A stretch of DNA of 64,000 bases from Heterodontus francisci. Taxonomy: Eukaryota. The notes below the pieces were generated by a model. The model searched no databases, was not told the DNA's origin, and saw only the letters and a list, made by a program, of their open reading frames with translations. Positions 23,535 through 35,970 of this stretch are shown here, piece after piece. A program made the translations under genes and the position numbers. The stretch is from contig NC_090390.1 in the NCBI RefSeq assembly GCF_036365525.1, positions 86,208,252 through 86,272,251 on the forward strand, given 5' to 3'. Numbering within the stretch: the first letter of the stretch is position 1; each line of letters begins with the position of its first letter.

Positions 23535-26500
23535 TAAGAAAGACTTGCATTTCTATAGCACCTTTCACAACCTCAGGATGCCGCAAAGTGCTTCACAGTG
23601 AATTAAGTACTTTTAAAGTGGAGGAATTGTTGTAATGTAGAAAATGCGGCAGCCAATTTGTGCACAGCAAGATCCCACAAACAACAAAGTGATATTAACC
23701 AGATAATCTGTTTTAGTGATGTTAGTTGAGAGATAAACATTGCCTAGGACACTGGGCAGAAATCATCTGCTCTTCTTCAAAATAATGGCCATGGGATCTT
23801 TTATATCCACCTAAGAGGGCAGATGGGGCGTTGGTTTAATGTCGCATCTGAAAGATGCCATTCCCACAGTGCAGCGCACCCTCAGTACTACCTGTCCGAC
23901 TGTGCAGCACTCCCTCAGTATTGCCTCTCCGACTGTGCAGCAAACCCTCAGCATTGCCTCTCCGACTGTGCAGCACTCCCTCAGTATTGCCTCTCCGACA
24001 GTGCAGCACTCCCTCAGTATTGCCTCTCCCACAGTGCAGCGCACCCTCAGTACTGCCTGTCCGACTGTGCAGCACTCCCTCAGTATTGCCTCTCCGACTG
24101 TGCAGCACTCCCTCAGTATTGCCTCTCCGACAGTGCAGCACTCCCTCAGTACTGCCTCTCCGACTGTGCAGCACACCCTCAGTATTGCCTCTCCGACAGT
24201 GCAGCACACCCGCAGTATTGCCTCTCCGACAGTGCAGCACTCCCTCAGTACTGCCTCTCCGACTGTGCAGCACTCCCTCAATACTGCCTCTCAGACAGTG
24301 CAGCACTCCCTCAGTACTGCCTCTCCGACTGTGCAGCACTCCCTCAGTACTGCCTCTCCGACTGTGCAGCACTCCCTCAGTACTGCCTCTCCGACTGTGC
24401 AGCACTCCCTCAGTACTGCCTCTCCGACTGTGCAGCACTCCCTCAGTACTGCCTCTCCGACTGTGAAGCACTCCCTCAGTATTGCCTCTCCGACTGTGAA
24501 GCACTCCCTCAGTATTGCCTCTCCGACAGTGCAGCGCTCCCTCAGTATTGCCTCTCCGACAGTGCAGCACTCCCTCAGTACTGCCTCTCCGACAGTGCAG
24601 CGCTCCCTCAGTACTGCTTCTCCGACTGTGCAGCACTCCCTCAGTACTGCCTCTCCGACTGTGCAGCACTCCCTCAGTACTGCCTCTCCGACTGTGCAGC
24701 ACTCCCTCAGTACTGCCTCTCCGACAGTGCAGCGCTCCCTCAGTACTGCTTCTCCGACTGTGCAGCACTCCCTCAGTACTGCCTCTCCGACAGTGCAGCG
24801 CTCCCTCAGTACTGCTTCTCCGACAGTGCAGCACTCCCTCAATACTGCCTCTCCGACTGTGCAGCACTCCCTCAGTACTGCCTCTCCGACAGTGCAGCGC
24901 TCCCTCAGTACTGCCTCTCCGACAGTGCAGCGCTCCCTCAGTACTGCCTCTCCGACAGTGCAGCGCTCCCTCAGTACTGCTTCTCCGACTGTGCAGCACT
25001 CCCTCAGTACTGCCTCTCCGACAGTGCAGCGGTCCCTCAGTACTGCTTCTCCGACAGTGCAGCACTCCCTCAATACTGCCTCTCCGACTGTGCAGCACTC
25101 CCTCAGTACTGCTTCTCCGACTGTGCAGCACTCCCTCAGTACTGCTTCTCCGACTGTGCAGCGCTCCCTCAGTACTGCCTCTCCGTCTGTGCAGCACTCC
25201 CTCAGTACTGCCTCTTCAACAGTGCACGCTCCCTCAGTACTGCCTCTCCGACAGTGCAGCACTCCCTCAATACTGCCTCTCCGACTGTGCAGCACTCCCT
25301 CAGTACTGCCTCTCCGACAGTGCAGTGCTCCCTCAGTACTGCTTCTCCGACTGTGCAGCACTCCCTCAGTACTGCCTCTCCGACAGTGCAGCGCTCCCTC
25401 AGTACTGCTTCTCCGACTGTGCAGCACTCCCTCAATACTGCCTCTCCGACTGTGCAGCACTCCCTCAGTACTGCCTCTCTGACAGTGCAGCGCTCCCTCA
25501 GTACTGCTTCTCCGACTGTGCAGCGCTCCCTCAGTACTGCCTCTCCGACTGTGCAGCACTCCCTCAGTACTGCCTCTTCGACAGTGCAGTGCTTCCTCAG
25601 TACTGTCTCTCCGACAGTGCAGTGCTTCCTCAGTACTGCCTCTCCGACAGTGCAGCGCTCCCTCAGTATTGCCTCTTCGACAGTGTAGTGCTTCCTCAGT
25701 ATTGCCTCTCCGACAGTGCAGTGCTCCCTCAGTATTGCCTCTCCGACAGTGCAGCGCTCCCTCAGTATTGTCTCTCCGACAGTGCAGCGCTCCCTCAGTA
25801 TTGCCTCTCCGACAGTGCAGCGCTCCCTCAGTACTGCCTCTCCGACAGTGCAGCGCTCCCTCAGTACTGCCTCTCCGACATGCAGCGCTCCCTCAGTTTT
25901 GCCTCTCCGACAGTGCAGCGCTCCCTCAGTACTGCCTCTCCGACAGTGCAGCGCTCCCTCAGTACTGCCTCTCCGACAGTGCAGCGCTCCCTCAGTACTG
26001 CCTCTCCGACAGTGCAGCGCTCCCTCAGTACTGCCTCTCCGACAGTGCAGCGCTCCCTCAGTATTGCCTCTCCGACAGTGCAGTCCTTCCTCAGTATTGC
26101 CTCTCCGACAGTGCAGCGCTTCCTCAGTATTGCCTCTCCGACAGTGAAGCGCTCCCTCAGTACTGCCTCTCCAGCAGTGCAGTGCTTCCTCAGTATTGCC
26201 TCTCCGACAGTGCAGTGCTTCCTCAGTATTGCCTCTCCGACAGTGCAGTGCTCCCTCAGTATTGCCTCTCCGACAGTGCAGTGCTCCCTCAGTATTGCCT
26301 CTCCGACAGTGCAGTGCTTCCTCAGTATTGCCTCTCCGACAGTGCAGTGCTCCCGCAGTATTGCCTCTCCGACTGTGCAGTGCGCCCTCAGCACTGCCTC
26401 TCCGACTGTGCAGTGCTTCCTCAGTACTGCCTCTCCGACTGTGCAGTGCTCCCTCAGCACTGCCTCCCCGACAGTGCAGAGCTCCCTCAGTACTGCCTCT

Positions 26501-26730
26501 CCGACTGTGCAGTGCTCCCTCAGCACTGCCTCTCCGACAGTGCAGTGCTTCCTCAGTACTGCCTCTCCGACTGTGCAGTGCTCCCTCAGCACTGCCTCCC
26601 CGACAGTGCAGAGCTCCCTCAGTATTGGCTCAGGGAGTATCAGTCTGGATTATGTGGTCAGATTTCTGGCGTGGGCCTTGAACCCAAGATGTTCTGACTC
26701 ACAGGTGAGAGTGCTGAGCCATGGCTGACA
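23535..26730 (-). mobile_element. tRNA-headed Deu-domain-type SINE, split by an internal minisatellite
   Basis: tRNA-like head at about 26670-26730 (GGGTTCAAGGCCC); body 23535-23860 homologous to unexpanded copies at 30.7, 33.9-34.7 and 55.1 kb. Confidence 0.75.
23856..26627. repeat. 33-bp minisatellite, about 84 copies
   Basis: Unit TGCCTCTCCGAC(A/T)GTGCAGCACTCCCTCAGTAC; 11-aa periodicity in the ORF track. Confidence 0.98.
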
Positions 26731-27526
26731 TTATATTCCCAGTGACGCAGAAAAAAGCAGCAGGGAAGGATTTTCTTTTAAAAACCCAATTTTCAAACAG
26801 GGCTTGAAAGGGCTGTCAGCACTCACGCACAACTAAGGCAGAAACCTTCTCATTTAAATTGGGGTCCTACACTGATCTTAGGACCCCCAATGTGATTTTT
26901 AAGTTCTAGTGGGAATGCTGTAAGCTCCCTCCAAAAACTAGAGAGACAACAGCTGGCGCCTCGCTGTATGTCTGCACCCCCTCGCCAGGGTGCTCCCCAA
27001 CCCCACAGAGAACAAGAATTGATTTCCGCTTGCCTCTGTGGAATGGCCACTGGTTTTAGTTGAGCCCCTGCAGCTTGTTGATCAGATTTAAATGAGGCCT
27101 GACCATGAGAATGGAGTGATTGCTCCATCCAGTACATACTCTGTATCTGAATCGCACCCCACTCTCCCCACCCCGCCCCACTCACTGAGTAATATAGACC
27201 AGAGCTCCCAGGTTCAATCCCTGATTGTAGCTGAGTCAGCTGATCTCTGCAGTGTAGTAGCTGTGGTGCTGCAACTGGCCACAGTTGAGGGAGAAGGTTG
27301 GCAATCAGCCATGGTTCCCACTCCCAATGGTTGATTCCCACTTTGGAATACTGGTTCCCACTCTGGCAGTCTGGCTCCTACTTGGAAGGCTCTCCAATGA
27401 CTCCTGTCAGAATATCTGTATATGTCTACACTGGCTAAGGATAGGGATGGGCTCAGGTTAGGTGCCACAGGGCAGTGAAAAATGTACAGGTGAAAATTTT
27501 GGACAATTTTATTTATTTTTTTTTAA

Positions 27527-27869
27527 ATTTAGAGATACAGCACTGAAACAGGCCCTTCGGCCCACCGAGCTTGTGCCGACCAACAACCACCCATTTATAC
27601 GAATCCTACATTAACCCCATATTCCCTACCACATCCCCACCATTCTCTTAACACCTACCTACACGAGGGGCAATTTATAATGGCCAATTTACCTATCAAC
27701 CTGCAAGTCTTTGGCTGTGGGAGGAAACCGGAGCATCCGACGGAAACCCACGCGGTCAATTGGAGAACTTGCAAAATCCGCACAGGCAGTACCCAGAACT
27801 GAACCCGGGCCGCTGGAGCTGTGAGGCTGCGGTGCTAACCACTGCACCACCCAGAGTCCTGTGCCGCCC
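27527..27869 (-). mobile_element. HE1-like V-SINE (tRNA head, V-domain, CR1-type tail)
   Basis: GCAGTGGTTAGCACCGCAGCCTCACAGC..CCGGGTTC; CTCCGGTTTCCTCCCACA; tail GGGCCGAAGGGCCTGTTTCAGTGCTGTATCTCTAAA shared with CR1 ends. Confidence 0.88.
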
Positions 27870-27991
27870 AGAATTCTTCAGAGTCCAAGTAGACAACAGC
27901 AACTTGCTCCTTATATAGCTCCTTTCACAGAGTAAAACATCCTGAAGTGCTTCACAGGAGGGCTATCAGTCAAAATTTGACACCAAAACAC

Positions 27992-29030
27992 ATAGGAAGA
28001 TGGTTGTGGTTGTTGCAGGTCAATCATCTCAATCCCAGGACAGCATTGCAGGAGTTCCTCAGGGTAGTGTCCTCGGCCCAACCATCTTCAGCTGCTTCAT
28101 CAATGACCTTCGCTCCATCATTAGGCCAGATGTGGGGATGTTCGCTGATGATTGCACAATGTTCAGCACCATTCGCAATTCCTCAGGTATTGAAGCAGCC
28201 CGTGTCCATCTGTAGCAAGACCTGGTCAACATCCAAGCTTGGGCTGATAAGTGGCAAGTAATATTCGCTCCACACAAGCGCCAGACAATGACCATCTCAA
28301 ACAAGAGAGAATCTAACCATCTCCCCCTGATGTTCAATGGCATTACCATCACTGAATCCCCCACTATCAACATCCTGGGGGGAGGGTGTTACCATTGACC
28401 AGAAGATGAACTGGACCAGCAACGTAAATGCTGTGGCTACAAGAGCAGGTCAGGGATTCTGCAGCGAGTAACTCACCTCATGTCTCCCCAATGTCTGTCC
28501 ACCATCTAAGTCAGGAGTGTGATGGAAAACTCTCCACTTGCCTGGATGAATGCAGCTCCAACAACACTCAAGAAGCTCGACACCATCCAGGACAAAGCAG
28601 CCCACTTGATTGGCATCCCATCCACCACCTTCAACATTCATTCCCTCCACCACTGCCGCACAGTGGCAGCAGTGTGTACCATTTACAAGATGCACTGCAG
28701 CAACTCACCAAGCCTCCTTTGACAGCATCTTCCAAACCCATGACCTCTACCACCTAGAAGGACAGGGTAGCAGATACACGGGAAAACCACCATCTGCAAA
28801 TTCCCCTCCAAGCCACACACCATCCTGACTTGGAACTATATCGCCGTTCCTTCACTGTCGCTGGGTCAAAATCCTGGAACTCCCTTCCGAACAGCACTGT
28901 TGGTGTACCTACCCCACATGGACTGCAGCGGTTCAAGAAGGCAGCTCACCACCACCTTCTCAAGGGCAATTAGGGATGGGCAATAAATGCTGGCATAGCC
29001 AGTGACACCCACATCCCACGAATTAATAAA
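27992..29030 (+). mobile_element. Family B LINE, 5'-truncated, inserted in an L2 remnant (27893-29270, minus)
   Basis: GVPQGSVLGPTIFSCFIND..MFADDC; family B tail. Confidence 0.9.
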
Positions 29031-29321
29031 AGAACATAAGGAGATATTATGACAGGAGACCAAAAGCTTGGTCAAAGAGGTAGGTTTTAAGGAGCATCTT
29101 AAAGAAGGGGAGAGAGGTGGAGAGGTTTATGGAAAGAATTCAAGAGTTTGGGGCTCAGGCGGCTGAAGGCATGGCCACCAATGGTAGAGCAATTAAAATT
29201 CAGGATGCTCAAGAGGCTGAAACTGAAGGGTTGCATAGATCTAAGAGAATTGTAGGGCTAGAGGGGAATAGAAAAGGGGATATTGTAGGGGGGGGGGGGG
29301 GGGGGGGGAGTTTTACTGTAC

Positions 29322-29821
29322 CTGTCCTGCAGAGGCTTGTATTGTTCCACTGTTTTCCTCAGCTGTGGTCTCTCTTGGCTTCTCAACAAAAGGTTCTTCT
29401 GCCTCGGTGCAGTTCAACTCGGCATCTGACTTTTTCCCCAATTGGCTGTTGATCTCTGTGTTCTCTTGCTGACCCTCTCCCCCTGACCCCTGAGTCTTGA
29501 TCTGCTGCTCAGGCTGCAGGTACCTGTCTGGGATGAAGATGCTGTAGCCCGCCGTGCTCAGAACTTTCCTCTCCGAGATGCATAAACTGAGCCACGTGGA
29601 TCGCACTAGCTGGACTTTGGGAGGCAGCACCTCCAGCTTCAGGAGGCGAAAGGCACGGTCACAATCCATCCCATCGTCTATGATCACATGGGTAACGGCA
29701 GGGGAGAAAGCAAGGCTGACCGAACCACCGTTCTGTATAATCTGCTTCTGAAAAATTTCTGTCCGGGCCTTTCCAATCCCTGCCTGGACAATGTATGCTG
29801 TCATTCCACTCAACCAGGGCT
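29322..29821 (-). CDS. POLL: DNA polymerase lambda, coding exon 2 (BRCT domain and acidic linker)
   Basis: PWLSGMTAYIVQAGIGKARTEIFQKQIIQNGG..VTHVIIDDGMD..LVRSTWLSLCISE; ttctacag| acceptor, CAG|gtacag donor; 500 nt, phase 1-0. Confidence 0.93.
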
Positions 29822-31271
29822 CTGTAGAAATGGGATAAAGAAAGGAAAGATGAGTATTTTAATAAATGCCAAATGCCATGTGGTGGTATGTGTTACGGAC
29901 TCTTGAAAGGAGCTGGGACCATCAGTCCTTGGTTCTGCTGTGTGGAGGAGGCAAAGCTAAATGGGGCAGCAGGGAGTGGTATTGTGGGGGGAGGGGGAAC
30001 CTACACAAAAAGCAAGTAAGTAACCAGAGGTCACAGATGTAAAATGATTGGCAAAAAAACTAGAGGGGAGGTGAGGAGAATTTTTTTTCACACGGAGGGT
30101 TATTAAGATCTGGTTTGTACTACCTGAATGTGCGGTGGAAGCAGATTCCACAGCAACTTTCAAAAGGTAAATCGACATGTACTTGAAGAGGATTATTATT
30201 TGCAGGGTTATGGGGATAAATCTGGGGAGTTGGACCAAATTGGAAAGCTCTAAGAGCCAGCACCGAATGGCCTCCATCTTTGTTGTGAGATTCTATGATA
30301 ACAGAGACTGAGACTCACCAGCAGCAACATTAGGGGAGATCTGCTATTTAATATGTGCATTATGCCCAGTAACCTGCAATGTGATAATACACAATTTTTG
30401 TTTCTTCGCTATAATGTAGAATTTGGGACTGTGCAGAGTGTGTCATCCACAGAACTGTTTCTGCATTGTTCCAAACAGAAGGCTAAAATTGATTATTGAG
30501 TGTCACTGAACAGTTTAACAGCAGGTCTGACGTCCACTTCTTGACCGGGAAGCGATTTCTGGAATGGGTGGAGTGCAGGGGTTTGGGAAGAGAGGGAGAA
30601 GAATAATTAAATCTGGGACCGAGAAGCAGAACTCCAATGCTCCATTCTCACTCTTTCTCACTGTGTGGGCTATCTGATCCCAGCAGGAAACGGAGTTCTG
30701 AAACTCCAAAGCAGTATTGAGGGGGTACTGCATTGTTGGAAGTGTCATCCTTCAGATAAGATGTTAAATCAGGACCTTGTTTGGGTGGATCAACTGGATA
30801 TTAACAAATCGAGGAACAACAGAGAGTTCTCCTGGTTTTCAAATCAACGTTTCTCACCCAGCTAAACTCTATCAAAAGACAGATTAACAGGCCAACCACC
30901 TCAATACTTTTTGTTTGGGAACTTTCTGTGCATAAAATGGCTGTTGTGCTTGCCTACTTGGCTTGACACATTTCTGAAAGACATGTTAAAAAACTAAATA
31001 AAGATTTGCATTTGCATAGTGCCTTTCACAACCTGATGAGGTCCCAGAGGTGCTTTACAGCCGATGTAATGCTTTTGAAGTGTAGTTACTATTGTAACTT
31101 AGGAACGCAGCAGCCAATTTGCATACAGCAAGATCCCACAAACAGCAATGTGATAATGACCAGATCATCTGTAACAAGTACACATTTTTTTTATTCCTCA
31201 TCTCCAGATTATACTTAGTTTCCAGCTGTTACAACTTCTGCACTGCAAAGGTGAAGGTCAGTTTGCTCTAC

Positions 31272-31386
31272 CTTTCCTGATTTCATTCGGCTTAGCTTTC
31301 TTCTGGGACAGTCCAGCAGCTGCTGATGGGACGTCCTGTGCTCGTTTCACCTTTCGAAATGCCTTTACGATCCCCTGGGGCTCCAT
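31272..31386 (-). CDS. POLL: DNA polymerase lambda, first coding exon (basic N-terminus, likely NLS)
   Basis: MEPQGIVKAFRKVKRAQDVPSAAAGLSQKKAKPNEIRK, like vertebrate MDPRGILKAF; AAG|gtagag donor; 115 nt, phase matches the next exon. Confidence 0.9.
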
Positions 31387-31574
31387 GCTCTGCACGACAG
31401 ACTTGCAGTCTTGGCCAACTGTGAACCAACCTGTTCCAATGATCAGGATTTTAATTCCACAAAATAAATTTCAAATACCCCCTATACACCTCCATGTTCT
31501 CCTCTCTTCTTACCCCATCTGGTGTCCAGGATTGGACAAAATACTCCAGCTGAGGCCTAACCAGTGATTAATAC

Positions 31575-32920
31575 TGTCGATCATCAGCAAAATGATGCAA
31601 GATGGCGTTGACAGTGCTACCAAGTGGCACTTACTCAGCAATAACCTACTCACTATCACTCATTTTGGGTTCTGCCAGGGCCACTCAGTTCCTGGCCTCA
31701 TTACAGCCTAGTCCAAAATGGACAAAAGAGCTGAACTCAAGAGGTGGGGTGGGAATGACTGCCCTGGACACCAAGGCAGCATTTGACCGACTGCGGCATC
31801 AAGGAGCCCTAGGAAAATTGGAGTCGATAGGAATCAGGGGCTCTCCACTGGTTGGAATCATTCCCAGCACAAAGGAAGATGGTTATGATTGTTGGAGGTC
31901 AATCATCTCAGTCCCAGGACACACTACAGGAGTTCCTCAGGGTAGTATCCTAGGCCCAACCATCTTCAGCTGCTTCATCAATGACCTTCCCTCCATCATA
32001 AGGTCAGAAGTGGGTATGTTCGCTGATGATTGCACAATGTTCAGCACCATTCGCAACTCCTCAGACACTGAAGCAGTGTGTGTCCATATGCAGCAACACA
32101 TGGACAACATTCAGGCTTGGGCTGAGAAGTGGCAAGTTGCATTTGTGCCACACAAGCACCAGGCAATGACCATCTCAAACGAGAGAGAATTTAACCATCT
32201 CCCCTTGACATTCAATGGCATTATCATCGCTGAATTCCCCACTATCAACATCCTGGGGTTTAACATTGACCAGAAACTAAACTGGACCAGCCATTTAAAT
32301 ACCGTGGCTACAAGAGCAGGTCAGAGGCTGGACATTCAGCAGTGAACAACTCACCTCCTGATTCCCCAGTGCCTGTCCACCAGCTACACGGCACAAGTCA
32401 GGAGTGTGATGGAAAACTCTCCACTTGCCTGGATGAGTGCAGCTCCAACAACACACAAGAAGCTCGGCATCATCCAGGAAAAAGCAACCCACTTGAGTGG
32501 CACCCCATCCACCACCTTCAACATTCACTTCCTCTATCACCGACACACAGTGGCAGCAGTGTGTACCATCTACAAGATGCACTGCAGCAATTCACCAAGG
32601 CTCCTTTGACAGCACCTTCCAAACCCGCAACCTCTACCACCTGGGACAAGGGCAGCAGATACACGGGAAAACCACCATCTGCAAGTTCTCCTCCAAGCCA
32701 CACACCATCCTGACTTGCAACTATACCACCGTTCCTTCACTGATGCTGGGTCAAAATTTTGGAACTCCCTTCCTAACAGCACTGTGGGTGTACCTACCCC
32801 ACATGGACTGCAGCGGTTCAAGGCGGCAGCTCACCACCACCTTCTCAAAGGGAATTGGGGAGGCGCAATAAATATTGGCCTAGCCAGCAATGCCAACATC
32901 CAGTGAACGAATAAAAAAAA
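31575..32920 (+). mobile_element. Family B LINE, 5'-truncated
   Basis: WTKELNSRG..ALDTKAAFDR, GVPQGSILGP, MFADDC, A-rich tail. Confidence 0.9.
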
Positions 32921-33894
32921 GGCTTAGCATAGCTTCCTAATGCTGTATGATCAAGACATTTCAAACCCATGCAATCTCCCAGCAGAGGTTTAAAAGCCGG
33001 TTAAAACCCAAGACCAATTATAGAAAAAGCTAATCTGGAAAATTCCTCTCCTGACTCCCCAAGATGATCAAAACTAGACCACAGCTTATGTTACTTGGTA
33101 CCCACCTCTTGTACGACTTGATCTCTGGCCCAGCCTCTGGTCCAGTTTTCATTTGAAGATATTCAGCGAATCAGAGTTCACCGCACGAGTCGGCAACTTG
33201 TTCCATAGATCTACAATTCTCTGGGAAAAGAACCATTTAACAGGTAACCTTACTCTATTCTTGGGTAACTTACAAGCACGACCCCAACCTAACCAATAGA
33301 AATAACTCCAGTCCCTTAATTACCTTACAGACTGTGATCAAGTCTCCCGAGTCTACATTTCTCAAAAAGTATACAGACTTTAAATCTTTAAATCTATCTG
33401 GGTAGCTAAGGTGTTTTCAGCTGATGTTCCCAGATGTGTACGTACACACACAGTTTTCAACAGGAATCGCTGGATGGTGAACAAAAACAGGAGTCAAAAT
33501 TCCTTGATGATTTCCCCCTCATTTTCCTGGTCTGATTCACTAACGAGGTCACTGGGGAGCAGCGACCGTTAATCCTTTGTGTGTGATTTTTGAGTTCATT
33601 ATGAATGATGTTAGAGTTAGGGAATAGAACACTTCCCTTGAAGTGCCCAGTGTCAGCATCAAACATGCTCAGGTGTGGGTGAGTCAATACAAAGTAATGC
33701 TCCCTCTACTTAGCCCAAACCTTAAAAAAACACCCTCTAATACCTTTTCCCCATTTACCACAACCGTCACACCCTGTGACCATTCTGACTGAGACTGGGA
33801 ACATCAGTACCCACGCACTTTGGACTGTCGCTCCTGGCTCATCAGCAACTGGGCTGAAGTTTGCTAAAACATTTTTCATGTTTCTTCACTTTAG

Positions 33895-34670
33895 GTGTCA
33901 GTGACTCAGTGGGTAGCACTCTTAACTGATTCAGAAGGTTGTGGGCTAAAGCCCCACTCCAAGGATTTGAACATAAAATCTAAGCTAACACTCCTACTGC
34001 AGTAATATAAAAGCAAAATACTGCGGATGCTGGAAATCTGAAATAAAAACAAGAAATGCTGGAATCACTCAGCAGGTCTGGCAGCATCTGTGGAAAGAGA
34101 AGCAGAGTTAACGTTTCGGGTCAGTGACCCTTTTTCGGAAGTAGTAGGAGTCAGCCCGCCTATCTTCAATGGGGTCAGCTATGTGGCCTTGTCCAATCTA
34201 CACCTTCTCCTTTGTTATCTCCTGCCTCACTTGCTTATAACCTGTGACATTTTTAATATTTGTCAGTTCCGAAGAAGGGTCACTGACCCGAAACGTTAAC
34301 TCTGCTTCTCTTTCCACAGATGCTGCCAGACCGGCTGAGTGATTCCAGCATTTCTTGTTTTTACTCCTACTGCAGTACTGAGAGATCTGCAATTTTCAGA
34401 TGAGATGTTAAATTAAGGCCACAGCTGCCCCCAGGGGATATAAGAGATCCAACAGAACTATTCAAAGAAGAGCAGGGAAATTCTCCCCATTATCCCTCAT
34501 CATCACTAAAACAGATGATCTACTCATCATCTCATTGCTGTTTGTGGGAGTTTGCTGTGCGTAAATTGTTTGCCTCGTTTCCTTCATTACAACAGTGAAT
34601 ACACTTCAATAGTACTTCATTGGCTGTAAAGCACTTTGGGTCATCCTGAGCTTATGAAAGGCACTACAGA
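33895..34670 (+). mobile_element. Deu-type SINE, full length, interrupted by a Penelope-like insertion
   Basis: Head GTGACTCAGTGGGTAGCACT..; body GCTGTTTGTGGGAGTTTGCTGTGCGTAAATTG, homologous to 23535-23860. Confidence 0.75.
34005..34363. mobile_element. Penelope-like P1 insertion with inverted arms and 14-15 bp TSD
   Basis: 97-bp inverted repeats 34044-34140 and 34267-34363; TSD CTCCTACTGCAGTA at 33991-34004 and 34364-34377; hammerhead-like core in each arm. Confidence 0.75.
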
Positions 34671-34861
34671 AATTCAAATCTCTTTATGTGGCGCCTTGAT
34701 GACAGTGGACAGAGGAGACTTTCCTTCCATCAGTCTAGGCTGAATTACTACAGATGAACAGTGAGAATCTAACCCATTGCAACACCCTAACTTGACACAA
34801 TTTACTATGTTAAAGTCTCTGAAACTGCATTGCTGGCAAATGCATTCTATGCTGTGAAACT

Positions 34862-35230
34862 CAAACAACAATAACAACTTGCATTTATATAGTGCTTTTA
34901 ACGCAAGGAGCATTATCAGACAAAATTTGACAGCGAGCATATAAGGAGATATTAAGACAAGTGAAACAGGTAGGTTTTAAGCAGCGTCTTAAAGGAGGAA
35001 AGGTAAAAAGGTGGAAAGATTTAGGGAGGGAATTCCAGAGCTTAGGGTCTCAGCAGATGAAGGCAGTCACCAATGGTGGAACAATGAAAAACAAACAGTC
35101 ATGCCCAACAGGGCAGCGTTGGAGGAATGTTGGCAACTCAAGAGTTGTAAGGCTGCAGGAGGTTCCAGAGATAGGGAGGGGCAAGGCCATGGATGGATCT
35201 GAAACAAAGATGAAAATTTTACAACAAAAT
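34862..35230 (-). mobile_element. L2 3' remnant
   Basis: Homologous to 5085-5430 (GGGAGGGAATTCCAGAGCTTAGGGTC). Confidence 0.7.
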
Positions 35231-35970
35231 GTTGATCACTAGTGAGTGCAGCTTTCTGATCTTCACTAGGCTGTAAGTAGAACCACACTAGTCAAATTCT
35301 GTGCCAGAGCTAAGGGAGGGAAAAATGAAATGGCTCAATTCCCACTTTGGGGTATTGTGTGTGTGTTGGGGTGAACGTGCTGGTCAGTATGTGTAAAATT
35401 CATAAACATGCCCTTAAGATACTGACCAGAGATCTTCATGAGAGTATTTGTAATCTTTCTGCACTTGGACAGCAGGACAATTGCATCTGTTAAGTACAAG
35501 AAGTCCTTTAATTTAAATACAAACACAAACACAATTAAATCAATGCTTAATCTAAATAAACACTCTTTTCACCCACAAATCCTCTTCAGACAGATTTTAA
35601 ATTAAAAAAGCACCAAGCCAATTCCCATTGAGAGAGAAGCAGTCAATAAGAACCTCCCATCCCAATGGACAGAACCTCCTGGTAAATTGGAAAGGAATAA
35701 ATAAGAATTTTCCGCACTTTAAACTCTAATTAAGGCCGCAGGCGTCGATAAACCACCGGGCATTGATTACCCCACCGGAAATAGACCAGGAGAAAGTCAT
35801 TTCCGGATTGCGATTAATAAATAAATGAATATATTTAAAAATTAAAGAATATTTGTAATTATCACTGACAGAAATAAAGAAAATAGAAATAACTGGATTT
35901 CCGTTGAATCTTTAGTTAAATCAGTGCAGCCGCAGCAGTGATATGATTTGTTCACGCGTCTACGGGGGTC

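Noticed and set aside
23856-26627. CRISPR-like array (about 33-bp palindromic unit)
   Set aside because: Units are contiguous with no unique spacers, there are no cas genes, and the context is vertebrate.
23811-26728. Long ORFs (up to 737 aa) with 11-aa Cys-rich or Ser/Thr-rich repeats
   Set aside because: They are open on both strands and in several frames because the 33-bp unit lacks stops; the array is intronic and SINE-derived.
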